Below are positions 1-13,569 of a stretch of 64,000 nt of DNA, piece after piece; positions within the stretch are counted from its first letter, which is position 1, and each line of letters starts with the position of its first letter. The stretch lies in the NCBI GenBank assembly GCA_002633005.1, contig NMRA01000289.1:375171-439170 (forward strand), in the 5' to 3' direction. Under the pieces are notes generated by a model. It saw only the letters and a list, made by a program, of their open reading frames with translations. It searched no databases and had not been told where the DNA came from. The DNA comes from Phoronis australis. Taxonomy: Eukaryota; Animalia; Phoronida. Position numbers and translations under genes: made by a program.

Positions 1-1167
1 TGTTTATATGAAAATGATCTAGGCCTTCTCCTGATATCATAATTTCTTGCCCAGATATTGATAAGCAGGCAATCACTGATTAACAGCTGTTATTCAGTGG
101 ACAAACCGGTTTCGTCCATCGAGTAACTGTCAGTCATTCAGCAGGTGAAAGTGGTTCTCAAAATCGGATGTAGACTCAAGTGGTGGCTGTGCAAATCGTA
201 ATCACTACAAACCCAGACTTGCCATAAACAAGAACACTGAGGTGATTACATGAAGCTGGTACATGTTATGTCACTTTGTTTTAAGAAGAAAAAGCCACAT
301 GCACAGCCATCCCCTAGAACCAGGATTTTGACTTGAGTTTTGAGTTTGTTCCCTTTTTGTTTTCTGCTGTGGCCAGTTAATGTTTGTAATTATTTATGAT
401 AAAGCGACCCTGCAACTGCTCCCAATCATGTTAAATTTCTGAAAGAGTAGGTATTTAGATCAATAGTTGTCATGCTGACTCCCTGAAAGGGTGGAAACTC
501 TATTTTTTATACATGCCCTTGTCAAAAAGCCATGGAATACCCCCTAGGCATGGTACTGAGCTCAGGTAAAAAACTTACTTCAATGTTTTTGAGTGACAAG
601 ACAAGCTAGAAAAAATATCCTTGAGGATTATTGCATTTTGCTCCTCTTATTCTGAAATTCATTCAGTTGTCAATTTGTATTGACTTTATAAGGATCTTGG
701 CTATAGCAAACAATACTAAAATGTTCTTGAGGAGAGGCTTGTCAAACTTGGCACTGAAGTGATCTGTTATCACCGACTTGTTTGTTTAGTAGATGAGATC
801 TCTAAGTAGACACTGGATAACTGGTTGTGCATCTCTCATATAGAAAAAGGCAACTAATAAATAAGAGAATTATATTTTGAATATGGTTTTTTTACGCCAC
901 CATATTATCAACTGTGTGAGATGTTAACAAATTATGAACATGTGAAGTAGTTGTTGCACAAAACCAATCAGTAAACACCATCTATAGAGAAACTCTTTCT
1001 CATTTATATGTTCGGGTCATATGTCTATGTTGTGAATACAAGATATTTCAGTGGAGTGGTGTATGACTGCAGTCTCCTCAGAAAAAATGTATTTTTCTAG
1101 CCGGCATTGTTTCTGAAACTATAAAAATGTTAAACTGTAAGATCTAGATGTTTTTCAATGTCACTAA

Positions 1168-1446
1168 CTGATTTTCAAAATAACCGTGCCATATTGAAAT
1201 TCACTATCCTGCCAAATCGGGTCTTTGATGAACAGGCGTTCATCGCTACCTACAGATCCCATGTGATGCAGACAGGAGGTATAAACAGCGTTTTAACACC
1301 TATCCTGCTATCATAATACCGGCAAATTTTCTCTGACGTGCGGTTGGATGTACTTTACGATAAAAGGTAAGCATCTTGAAATAACATAGAGGAAAGACGT
1401 CATCAAGTCCCATAAATTTCCAATGCAAAGAAGAATCTGCGGCTGC
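1168..1446 (+). repeat. Dispersed repeat, homologous to 60233..60540
   Basis: Collinear blocks ccatattgaaa(t/c)tcactatc, gaacaggc(g/a)ttca, agatccca, tatcataat.cc.gcaaattt, ggatgtac, tcttgaaata shared between the two loci. Confidence 0.75.
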
Positions 1447-2929
1447 ATAGTCAGTGGCTGACTAGTTAAGTGATGGTTAAAAGTTAAAGCAAATTGGTTA
1501 ACTTACCTTTAATGGGAGTGGTTGACTGGGGGGTTTTTCCGTCTGTTTTCATAAATGAAACTCTTGTAGTGCTGAATTTCTGTCCTCGGAATCTGAGTTA
1601 AGATCAAGCGTAAGTCACTTTCTCGATGTCATTACTTTAGTGTGTGTCCATATGAAACTCCACTATTAGTGTTAGTCTTATAATTTGGGCTTAGAAATGG
1701 GGTTACCTTCTTGTTGTCATTAGATCAAGAGCTTTTAGTATACTGCTTAAGCGTGTCTTATCTGTAGTTTTATGCATGAGTCAAAACCGATTTGTCGTCT
1801 TCATTGGTTTTATGCTTGTGATTATTAATGCTGGTTTAAGCATGATCTTGAAATTGATTTATTGGTGGCTGAGTAAAATTTATCTAGAACAGAAAACAGT
1901 TTTAGGTTCATTTTGTTGATTCAAGTGCTGGTATTATGACACAATATGGCAGACAAGTGAAATAAGTAGTGGCATCAAAGTAAAACTTTACCTTTTTAGC
2001 TGTTGTACCATAGTTTCCATCAGACGTTTTGAAAAAATTCAATTATTCTTGGGAGGTGGATCCAGCCAGAAGATTAGTCCAGGGGGTCCGATCCCTCCGT
2101 ATTTTACCAATGCGGCAAACAAAATCCATGGGAAAAAAGATTTTCTGTAGACCGCTGAGTGAGGATGTGACGATATTAAATGTCATTACCAGTATTCTAC
2201 TCTTTGTTTGTGATATAGTTTGGTGCTCTTCAGAAACTCATCGTTTTATTTGGGCCTCACCTGTAGTAAAAAGCCGGATCTGCCTTTGGGCGTTCAACAC
2301 AAAGTTAGAAGCCTTTGAAAATTAATCTGTCCTTGAATTTACGTCATTCTAGTTTGCGAAAATATGGTTATGGTTCTTTGCTCTGAGGACTGGATCCCAG
2401 TTTTGATTACCTACGGCTAACTTCATGAATTCTATCTAATCTTTCCTGTACACAGTGCTGCCTTTTGATGAAGGGAATGTGGATGTATTTCACCTGTTGC
2501 TTGTGTGTACCTGTAAAGTCATTATGTAAATAGCCCATTGGGTGGTTAAGTGCCAAGCTGTGGCATGTCAACAGCAGCCACCTTTCTTTGAAAACCATTG
2601 TTTATATTTTTGTTTCGGCCCACAGCAACTTTCCCAGTTTTAGGCTCAGGCATGGGTCTCAAGGATCATTTTAGAACAACATGGCCTGAAATGAATGGAC
2701 GGATTTCAAGTTTCTGTGGGTGACGTGACCATTTTCTGTCCTTGTTTGATCCGATTTTTTAGGGGGCGGCATTGTCGCATGCATCATGTCTGCGACCTCG
2801 GTACTCTATGTTAAAGTGAGTAGTGATCAGCTAAATTCTGCATTTTTAAAATCACAGATGAATCCGAAGTTGGATTTGAGTAGATATCGTTAACACACAA
2901 ATATGTTGATGTTTTGATCACTGAAATTA

Positions 2930-3404
2930 AGGGCCTTTCATACTAACGTCGGCACGTTGATGTTTTGGGGAGTTCCGGTCAGTAAGAACGCTTAACTTCA
3001 GTCCTTGATCAAAATTAACAACGCACTGAACAGGTGGATTTAACAGCGGAGTGTCGATGCTGCGGTGCATTATGAACGGTCAACTTCAGTCCCATTGAAG
3101 TTATCGTCAGGTGCTACTGTTGTAGTGTCGTCGCCAATAGTAGCTTATATTTTACTTGAATAATCACTAGTCGAATTGATGATAAGTTTTATGTTAATTA
3201 GTGCATGTAAATGTTCCCAAAATTGTCACATTAAAAGAATCTTAGCGTACACCGTTACCTTACGATTACTTCGACGACAACAGCGTCACCTACCGTTTAA
3301 TTCGATGTTCGTAACTACCGAAGTCAGTGTAAACGGTTTAGTTAACTTTGCAGTTTACATCGACGCTCCGTTCAGATCGGAGTTAAGTTAGTATGAAAAG
3401 GCCT
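2930..3404. mobile_element. PIF/Harbinger-type MITE, copy 1
   Basis: TIRs agggcctttcatactaac / gttagtatgaaaaggcct, 3-bp TTA TSD; homologous copies at 6000 and 35314. Confidence 0.85.
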
Positions 3405-5999
3405 TTAGTGTTGATCAGGTACTCTGTATTGTCTTGAATGCCAATAAGGTGTGTGATTGTGACCAAGTTTTAATGTGTCGTTGGCCCGAATTGAGCTATT
3501 TCACAATGCGGCAATGAAAATATTTATGTGTCAGTGACGCAGGGCGCGCTGCCATTATGATCCCTTTTCTTCTGAAGACATAAGGGAAGTAAGGATACCA
3601 TCAAATGTCACATTGTTAGGACACAATATGATGGAAATGTTAAATGTTATTTTCTCATTTTCTAACCTATAACAAGTATGAATACAGTCATGCTTTACCA
3701 TTTTCAAGCCATGTACCATAGCTACTATTTGATAAGATTTTGAAAAATTGTGGAAGACCTCTTTTGAAAAATGAAAGAAGAATAATTTTGGCATTTTTGT
3801 ACAATTTGTGAGATTTTATCGTATTTTGTTTGCGCCTTCATTTTTGTCTAATTTTGTGAGATTTTATGGTATTTTGTGTGTGCTTTCTGAGGTCTAATAA
3901 TCTGAAACTAAGCTTCAATTCTAATGTTGAATTATTTCTTTTGTACGTATTTTCGGAAGATGTAATAATCTGCAACCAAGCCTCATTTCTCATGATACTG
4001 TAGCAGAATCAACTTATTCAGAGACTAAAATGTTGTGAGTTTGTACGTTTTGGACTGCTCTCTACAACGACCAGTGATGACGGGACGTCCAGATTTCCCG
4101 CTGTTCTATTTTTTAGAAGTAGTTTGACGTCGTAGGTAGATCGGCGGAAGGTGCAATCCTTGATCTTGATTCATGGCAGGCTTGTTAGTCTTGATATATA
4201 TATATATATGGATTCCTTAATCTTCATTGAGAACCAGTTCTCCTCTTTAGCCAAGATCTTGGCATTTCTTGTGTTGAATTATGTCTTCTTGTTAACAAGG
4301 CTGGCCACTGAGTTCCACTATAATTGTAGTTGTAAGCCAAGCTTGTGACTTGGAAGTTTCATTGTGAAATATTTAGCCTGTTGTGTTTGTTATTTGCAAC
4401 AAAAATGCTATTCTCCTTTAGGATTTTCAGTTGTTTTTCTAAGCATTCATTTTTTGTTGAAAACTCAATCTACAATCTTCTATTAATCACAGTGATGTAC
4501 ATTGTTGGAAAAAAACAACCACAAAACATTCTGTGTTTGTTGACTTACACCCAGGAGCTTCAATATTACGAACTGTTGAAACGAATGACTGGCTATTCAT
4601 TCAATGAAGCAAGTCCTGAATGAGTAGTTATTGATTGTGTAAAACAATTGTGACTTCAAGCTTCTCTCAGGTTATTTGGTGCATTCTTTGTGCATCAGGA
4701 TTCTCAGTTATTTTTTAATAACTGAACCGTAATTACGCCATTGTTTCGTTGCTTTTCCTTGCGTCTGTTCTGTTTCCACTGAGTAAGCCCTGTAGTGGGC
4801 TTTGTGACATCTCACACAGCCACTAGGCATAAGAGTGGTCAGCAATTAGTACCTAACTAGTGGAAAGGATTTGTGAAAAGAATACAGGCTTTCAAGTTAT
4901 GATGCCATGTGAGTTGATGTTATCTCATGACAGTTGCACAAAAACATGCTTTTTGAAAGTTTCAATGAGCTTGTTTTGAATTGATTGGCATACGATGTTT
5001 TCTCCTTGAAGAAAACTTTTTTAGAAGAGAAATAAATGTGCTAAGCAAAAGCTGTATGACGTTCAATGATGTTTTTTGTTTTTGAAAACCGAGCTATTGT
5101 GTTTTAAAACTGTTGAAGCCTAGAAGTTGTGTTTATTTTCAAAAAAGACATTACTTCGAACGACCAGTTCTTAACACAACCATTTTTATTAGGTAACTTT
5201 TATTACCTGTGCAATAATGAATCATGAGGAGAGGTTCACCTGCCTTTCAATAGGTCGTACTATTCTGAGCATTGGGCAACAGGTTGTTGATGAAGCTGTA
5301 AAAAGCCATTGAATAAGATAGCAGCTTTTAGCTGCGAGCATTTTGTTGCTATTGTTGAGTATTTCGGTCAGTATTTGGCTGCCTGTCACCCCGACTGGTT
5401 GTTTTCATAGGGCTGTTGTGTTTGTGAAGTTAAGAAAAATACAGGTATGGCACTTTCTAGCCGAATCAAATGTGCATGTTTATCCAGTTTGTTGTTTTTT
5501 GACAGACGGAAAGGATTTGTTGTTTAGAGTTATTCTCCGTTGACCTGATTGGTGCCTGTCTGAGACAGCGGAGCAGTGATTTTATTATTTTGGACGTCTC
5601 GGATCTAATGTATCTATTCAGTTATGAAATTCTAGTTGCTTTTTAACTCACCGTTGTTTGTTTGTCTGTTATTTATGGTCTGCTGATTCGGTGTATATTT
5701 AATCGTTCCAAGGAGTTGGTAGTCTTTCTGAATCAGGTAAAATGACCCATTTTCTCTTTGTGTTATACTTTTTATCAACATTACTCAATGCTGCTTTTGA
5801 GTTGATGTTTTTTTGTTTTCCAAGTTACTTTGACATGAAAAAAAATCCCAGCTGATAATATTTCGATGTATTTTTTTGAAAATTGGTATGACATGAAAAA
5901 AGTTCCCTGCTGTAATCTACTGTTTGATTGAAGGGAAATTCACTATACTCCACAATAACACTAGGCTCACTTCAAGCTATGTACTTCTTCTTGGTTTAA

Positions 6000-6397
6000 A
6001 AGCTCTTTCATACTAGCATCAACAAGTCAATGTTTTGGGGAGTTATGGTCAGTATGAACGGTTAACTTCAGTCCTGGAGCGAAGTTAACTTCGCAGTAAA
6101 TAGATGTATTTAACAGTGGAGTTTTCAACTTCAGTCTCATGAGAGTTATCGCCAGGTGAACAGTTATCAACAACAATTTAAGGGCAGTGATTGTTCTCAG
6201 ATTGTCACTGTATTAAAAAATCTTAGCGTGCACTGGATGCATCAGTGCCACCTTGCGATTATTTCGATAACGACAGAGTCACCTACCGTTTACTTTGATG
6301 CCGTTAACTATCGAATTTGGTATGATTGATTCATCTGACTTCGCAGTTTACGTCGATTCTTCACTCATACCGGAGTTAAGTTGGTATGAAAGGGCCT
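6000..6397. mobile_element. PIF/Harbinger-type MITE, copy 2
   Basis: Degenerate TIRs (aagctctttcatactagc / ttggtatgaaagggcct); internal sequence collinear with copy 1. Confidence 0.8.
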
Positions 6398-9300
6398 TAT
6401 ATGACCTACTCTCCAAGAGCGCAGTATTTCACTACATACCAAGTCTGGTAGGGCATCTGCTATTTTTATTTCCTGTCGTCACTTAAATCTCGGTTTCAAT
6501 TTTAAGCGGAATCATTTTTTACAGCTCAGTGTTGTTTTGGTTTTGTTTTCAAAGGCAAGTGCTTTCCTGGTGACAATGATGTCGTTTTTGTTATCAATAG
6601 ATCTTCAATTGATAACAAAATGGTTAAATGGGCATTCCTTGTGTGTACTTGGCGGCACCATATCAATGCGCTGTTATTGGATACTTAGGACATAGTTAGG
6701 GTTAGCAATGGGGCCGCATACTCACATGTGACCCAGGTAAGTGTTAAGGTGTAGACGTGCCTAGTTCTTTTGATTCTGAAAAAAATGACAAGTAACGACA
6801 CTTTGTTTCCAGATTATTTGTTGGAAAAACATCATGAGCATGTAATAATTTTATGTAACATTCTAGAAACGTCAAAACACTGTCATCAAGTTTGCTGTTG
6901 GAAAAAATAAAGTGCTAATATTACATCAGAATGTGGATCAAAATGTTGGAATCGTGCTGGTCACAGGTACCGTAAAATCCTACTGATTTTGAAGAAAAAT
7001 ATGTGCCAAAATTGGTCTTTTTTCATTTATCAAGCACAAAACATTGTTGCGAATGTGCAAAGTTTCTCAAAACATTGTCCAGTTGTAGCTAAGGTATACA
7101 AGTTAAAACTAGTTAACCCTTTCTGTTGTGCTACCTATCTTTTTATAAAAAAATGAAAAATTAAATTTCTGTTGTCTGTCATATCGTGTCCTGAATTGGT
7201 GAGATTTTGCCGATCATGTTTGACGAGAAATGTTTCGGTCAAGGAAAGTGTCACTTACCGGATAGTTATGTTTTCAATGATATTTTATAGTGATATTTGT
7301 ATTTTGCACCTGACGGTGACATGTTGTACAAATAGTTGTTGTGTACTTCTCAACAGTTTAATTATATTGCAGTATCCTTGAGGTAGTGTAGTCTCCTATT
7401 GTTTGGTATTGAGTTGTTTTTAGCAGAATTGCATTGAAGTTGCAACAGTGTTCAAATCACACCCAACGTCATAGAGGACAGTCTCACGAACAGCCAAGTT
7501 TAATCAAGTTTTCTACCGTACTATTGTAGGTCACTAGAGTTGGCTACAGGCATCTGATTATTAGATTTGAAGAGCCTCTGGGTAAATAAGTATTAGTTAT
7601 AAGTTGCATGTCCCTGACTGTGTCACTTTTTTAATTTCAAGTGCAAAATGTTGTTAATAAGTCAACAGTAAGATTATTGGGGACCAATGTCTTTCTGGTT
7701 CCAATGTTGTCATATTACACAGATGGGCCATTGGGGTTCGTGGATGGTAGGGGCGACTTAATATTCTGGAGATCAGGTGCTGAAAAGTTAGGGTCTCATT
7801 TTTGACGTCTGAATAGATTGAGAGCAGAAAGTAGTTTATTAGCATGGAAGCGTTCGTATGATGCGAGACCCGTGTGATTTACCTGATTGTATGTGGGATG
7901 AGGTCCCTTACTTCAGCTGCAGCACTTAGTAAGTTTCGAGTTACACATTGGGCCATTAAACTGGTGTATCTTGCAATATCTCTTTCATTTTTCATCATGC
8001 AAGGTAGTGTTGACAGGTTGACTAATCACAAATTTCTGGTCAACTGAACTAATTCTCAGGTTATCCTTCCGCTTTTTCAGTTCAGTTAATTGGCCAATCA
8101 AGTCTAGTTATTTCTGATTGCCTGAAATAGTGCATGAGAGCAATGCCCATTGATTGCACTTTCAATCCGCCTCCTAATCATTACATGCACGCATAATCTT
8201 CATTGATGGCTTTTCAATTTCATTAGCCCCATGGATACTCTGGCTAATCTTCAATGCTCAAATCAATACTATCAGACAAGATTTCAAATTAGAAATCCAT
8301 GTCATGGTGTCGTCCATTTTGCTTAGCAGAGCGCACCCAACATTTTTTCTTCTTAACAAAAAGCGAACTTGTTTATTGAAATCTTATTTTTTGTTTCATG
8401 TAAGACACTCTGCTTATGGGAAGGCTTTTTCAACTCAGAATACAGTGTGGTAGAAAAGCGTCAATTATACAAATGTGAAATTCATGCAATATGTTGTTAT
8501 GGATGCAAAAGAAGAAATCTGTCAACATAAAAACATTGTACGGTAAAACTTTTCCAATTTGTGACATCTCTAGAATTTGTGAAACTGGACCATTGAATTT
8601 CCCCAGTTCAGAAGATTGGGACAAGGGTAATTTTGGTGTTCATCATGTTTTTCAAATACTGGACAGCACCACACCTCAGCCAAAACATCCTCCTGCTTAG
8701 CGTTAGTATGAAAGACCCTTTAGTTAGTGCATTTCTGAAACACATATTCAAGACTGTAATGCACTCATGTGATATTTGTAGTCTTCCCTTGTTCAGTATT
8801 GTACAAAAAATGTTAGCACATGCATTATGAATAGGAACCTTTATACTCTTGAGTTGGAACAGATCTCTATCTTGTGTCAGTCATGACATGTCTGGTAAAG
8901 TAACTTATGCAGACTTGAAAAGGATGGACACATAGTTTTGTAATAGGGATGAGCATTCAACATAACTCTTTAGAGTTGTGAGAACATGAAAGCATCTTTC
9001 TCTTGGCTGGGTTGCAAGATCGACAGCGTTGACAGTGTTGAAATACAAGTTTGTTCATTCATGGACATTTTCAGACATTGGACCTTTTGTATGAATCCTT
9101 CCATGGATTATTCCACAGCATGACAATGGCATTTTGTGAGAAAGAATTTATTAGAAATGCTGGGAAATCTCACTGTTGTAAATCCCCATACAAGAGTGCT
9201 GAATGTTGAATAACAACATAATCCAACATTTTGCCAAATGACATTCAAAATTGCCCTTTAGAATGTCAAAATGTCACCTACAAAAAGATTATGCTAAGGT

Positions 9301-10037
9301 TAGAAAAGTGTTTGGTGAACAGAATTTCAGAGCCAGCACTGCATCATCCCATGACGACCATTCAGGAAGAGTAGCCTCAGTGACTGCTACACAGACAAAC
9401 CAAGACTTTGGAACATTTCACTCCAATGATTGTTCAACTGATATAGCTGTCATGAGATGAGTTGTGCACTTGCAAGCTGCCATGTGTTGCAATTTACGAG
9501 GGTACCCTTGTGCTTTTGAGCCCAGCTGGGGATCAAAACTCCCAGTAACTGAGTCATAGTATATTGTTAGCCAATTATAACTTTGATGTTGTCTCTGATG
9601 TAGGGAGTCAATCTACATAATGCCTTATGTGGAAAAAAATAGGTCATTCGACCAATTTCACGAAAACGTGCCATGTCTGTGTGGAACTTAGTTGGCACTG
9701 ACTAAAACAAAACTGGCAATTGGTTCTCAAAACTGATGAAAGACCGATTCTTTATGAATTGATGGCAAATAATGAAAGTTAGTTACTGAACAAAGTTTGC
9801 AGATTTTTCGAGCACTGCTCAATGTATTCTTTTACAAGTATTATAAGTATGCATCGCTTGGCAAAGCAGGGGATTTCAAATCTTTGCACATGATTACATG
9901 GCATTGTGAAGCGTTTCAAAAAAACATGTTACCTCGGTTGAAATTGATGCGGATGGTCACTTTTTCATGTTTTTCACTCACGGTGCATGGGCACAGGTCT
10001 CAGAACGAGTCACGGTACAGACCAGAACCAAGTGTGC

Positions 10038-10075
10038 TTTTTATGCGCCCACATATTTATATGTGGACGCATTAT
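10038..10075 (+). mobile_element. 5' stub of the same HINE family
   Basis: ttttatgcgcccacatatttatatgtggacgc is identical to the 5' end of the 33067 element. Confidence 0.7.
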
Positions 10076-12146
10076 TTGACCTGGCATTCCTTTTTTCGTT
10101 TTTGTCTATGACACACCTGTGTACTTGCGCATGTGGTAGCTGGTTGAAGGTACACTATGAATCAGTTATGAACAGTCCTATTCACTCATCCTGATGATGC
10201 AGCTGTACATAATTCAAATACTGAAATGGAAGTTTTGGGGTTATGTGGTCACGTGATCTCCCATTGCTGCTGACATCCAAATAGGCCCAACACACCTGAC
10301 TGTTAACCACAAGTGGATAGACCTTGTTGGAACTGGGCAGGTTTTATTGTCACCTTATCAACTCTTGGCATGAGTGCTATGGATAGTCAGTGCACTGGCT
10401 GACACTTGTCACTACTATATAACCCATGTCTACCATGGCCAGTTAAATCACCCTTCCTTGTGTTGCTGTTTACTTTATAAACCACCTCTATTCAAATTCA
10501 ATGTTGGGTTCAATTCTTAGCATAAATTGAATTTCTTTTGCATAGCTAATTGATTGAGTAAGCATGTCAACAGGTTATGTAAGTGATGTGGTGTTAATAA
10601 AATGGAGACCACTGATGTTTTGCCGACTACTTTGTCTGTTGGATGTTTATTCACTTTTCATGTTTCCTGATTTATGCTGCTTTATGTTGCAACCCTGAAT
10701 GCACTGAGATATGGAGATGCACTCTGATTCTGAATCCATTCACCATTCAAGGCTTTAGAAAACTTGAGTAATTTCCAGCCCCTCACTATTGAACTCTGAT
10801 ACTCATGCATTTTGTTTGAGCATACAATAGGCTGTATTATTGGTATGGGTCAGATAATTGCCTGAACACTATGCTGTCAAAGCAATAATATTATTGTTTA
10901 CTCCATTTCCTTTGTTCCTAGACTCCTCAACGTTACACCTTTCCTAATTTTTAATACCATATCAATTATAGACTGAGAACTAAGTAAACTTTAGCGTGAA
11001 GATGTAATGATACGGTTTAATGTTCTTCATTCATGCTGGATTCACTGGTGGGGGTATAACTGACCTAAGAAGCGCTGGAAATGGTTGACTGGTTCAAAGT
11101 ATCTCACTGTTGCTTTGTGGTAGCCTGACTGTGGCAGGTTGTGGAATCAGTCTTCTGGTCCTTGAAGAAAGCATGTGTAAGTCTTATGCTTGTACGGTAA
11201 TTTAGTTGAAGCGTAATTAAACTATTTGTAAAGTTCTTAACCGTTCAAATTGAAAAACAGTGAATAACTTGCACAGTTGACATTACATATGAAGTCAAAA
11301 GTACTTCCTGAACTGCTCAGATGTGTAGCACACTTAGGGTTGTGGTCACACACTGAAAAGAGTTTTGTTTACTTGGATGGGTTTGTGCCTGTAATAAATA
11401 TTTGTATTAAAACCCATGGCTACACCAGTGGTCTAACTGTTCTTGTTGGTGAGATGTTTTTAGGACAACTTGTGAAAACGTGTGATTTCAATGTTAGGCT
11501 CTCGGTCATTCGAAAATTTTCAGTGTTAGGATCTCAGTCATTTGTCTGACAGTCTGTCACAGAACTTGGCTGCCATAAGGTGAATAGGTGTCCCTTCTGC
11601 ATGTTTCTCTTGTCGAACTATGCAAATTATCTTTAAAATTACCTACTCTACATCACAACATTTAGCCTACAGCATTTTTGGAAATGTCAATTCTGCTAAG
11701 ATGAAATAGTGTCAATGTTCCATATTGTTGATTTATTGAATTACCAATTTGTGTGTTGACAGCAAGTGTGAGGCTTTCATTTACTCTGGTATTTGTCTGC
11801 ATGTAACCTCATTAGCAGTTGCAATTGTTTTCCAAGTTTTCATCAAGGGTTTACCTTGTCACTCTCCTGTTCGGTGATGAATTTCCTTACTATTGTGCAT
11901 TGGTGACCCTGAAATAGAAAATCCATTTCTCTTACTTGTTGTTAGGTAATCATGATTGTTCTATGCTGATCTTGCTGTAGTCCCAGCTGACAAGACTTAT
12001 GGATTGGTATTGTTGTTCAGAGGTCTGGTCATGTCTGTGTCATATTGACTCAATCCCTTTAATGTACCAGCTAATTTGACATGTACATATCCACTGTGAT
12101 AGACATCAATAAGATTAGTTTACTCCAGTGTGGGCTTAACGAGCAC

Positions 12147-12320
12147 CAGTGGTGGATCTAGGATGTCCCAACAGAAAGGAGGACTCACCATGATGTCCTG
12201 CTGTGAATCGATATGTTGGTTGCATTTTGCATCATGCTTATAGGGGTCTGGGCTTCTTCTTTTTTCCCAAATATCTAAATACACGCCCCTTCTGCCTCAC
12301 CCCTCAAAATCCACCTATGC
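12147..12320. mobile_element. Old hAT-like MITE of the cagtggcggatc family (related remnants near 2055..2290, 24995..25103, 43119..43180)
   Basis: Ends cagtggtggatct..aatccacctatg with internal G/C-run motifs; TSDs not preserved. Confidence 0.45.
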
Positions 12321-12778
12321 CATGGGTAGATTGCCATCATATATATTCAACATTTGTACATGGGCAACTATAGTCAAATGGGATAGTTTCACAAATAGTT
12401 CAACACCAAAAACTAAACTTATATTCTCTAATGAAGCTAAACAAAAATCATGCGCTTGGAGCGCTTCTTCTCGTGACGTAGTTGGTGGGGTTAAGTCAGT
12501 GTACTACTTTAGCGTGCAGTCAAGTGGCATTCTTCAAACTGTCAAAATAAGAAATTTTAGTGTGAAATGTGGGGTCACCAGGGATACCTGTTTGAGCCGA
12601 GGCAACAAAAAGTGATACCCAGTCGTCGTCAACGTCAGACGAAAATTTGCTGGTGCAACCAATCCCTATTAACAATACGCTGGTGTGACTGTGGGCAATG
12701 GACTGTACATAGGCAGCCAGCCACCTGTCAGCCAATACTCAGCTCTGTAAATTTGAAAGGTTGGTTAGTTACCAACTA

Positions 12779-13569
12779 TAGCTGTATGAAGACTATCCTA
12801 CCTTTGTGTGGTAAGCTTTGCTAGACCCTGAAATTTCACACAGTCCATTGACTACCTGGGTATAATTAATTTATGCTTGTCACCTCATTGTAAAACTTAC
12901 AGCAACATGGCTAACGCCTGACTGGTGGGGTTGCATGCTAAATCTGGTTGTCAACCGACATTTTATTCGTTGAAGCTGTTTAAGTGGAAAACAATCAAAT
13001 AAATGTCATTTTCTAGCATAATTCGCCGCCTTTTGTAACAACGTAGAATAATGTAAAAATATTGAGCAAAAATTCCTTTTGGAAGCTAAGAAACTGTCCA
13101 TTGCGTAGAAACTGTGCAGCCGTTTCGTCCATATCTGCAGACTTGATTCACCACTGGGTGTGCCCTCTGATGTAGAATAAAACAATAAAAACAGTACCGG
13201 GTATTCGCTAATGTCGGTGGAATCCCGTAGCAAATCTCAATACACTGCAGGTAGATCAAGTCCCGGATTTTGTGACATCTTTCGGGAGATGACGACAGCT
13301 TCGCAGGAGCGAGGTTTGTTCTAAAATTTGGTTGGCTGGTGTTAGAATACTGAAAAACTTGTATCGAAATGAAACAAGTTTCAATAATTTGTTGTGACAA
13401 CCTTGTGCCGACAGTGAAGAACATTTGATTAAAGAATTGGGAGAATAAGAAATTGGTAAAGTTTAGGTGAGGTCAATCGCCAAAGCCGACTCAAGAGAAC
13501 ACATCAAAATTTTAGGAGCAGCCGATTAACCACCGCGGTAAATAAGTTAGTTTAGGCCTACTCAAGGAA
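12779..13569 (+). mobile_element. Non-autonomous DNA-transposon-like repeat (TAG terminus, possibly Academ-like), homologous to 29520..30474
   Basis: Both copies begin tagctgtatgaagactatc and stay collinear (cgggagatga..acagcttcgcag; ggtaaata..ctcaaggaa) up to the insertion point of the 13570 element. Confidence 0.65.

Noticed and set aside
4555-4608. Possible small exon ELQYYELLKRMTGYSFNE with a GC donor
   Set aside because: No homology or partner exons found; insufficient support.
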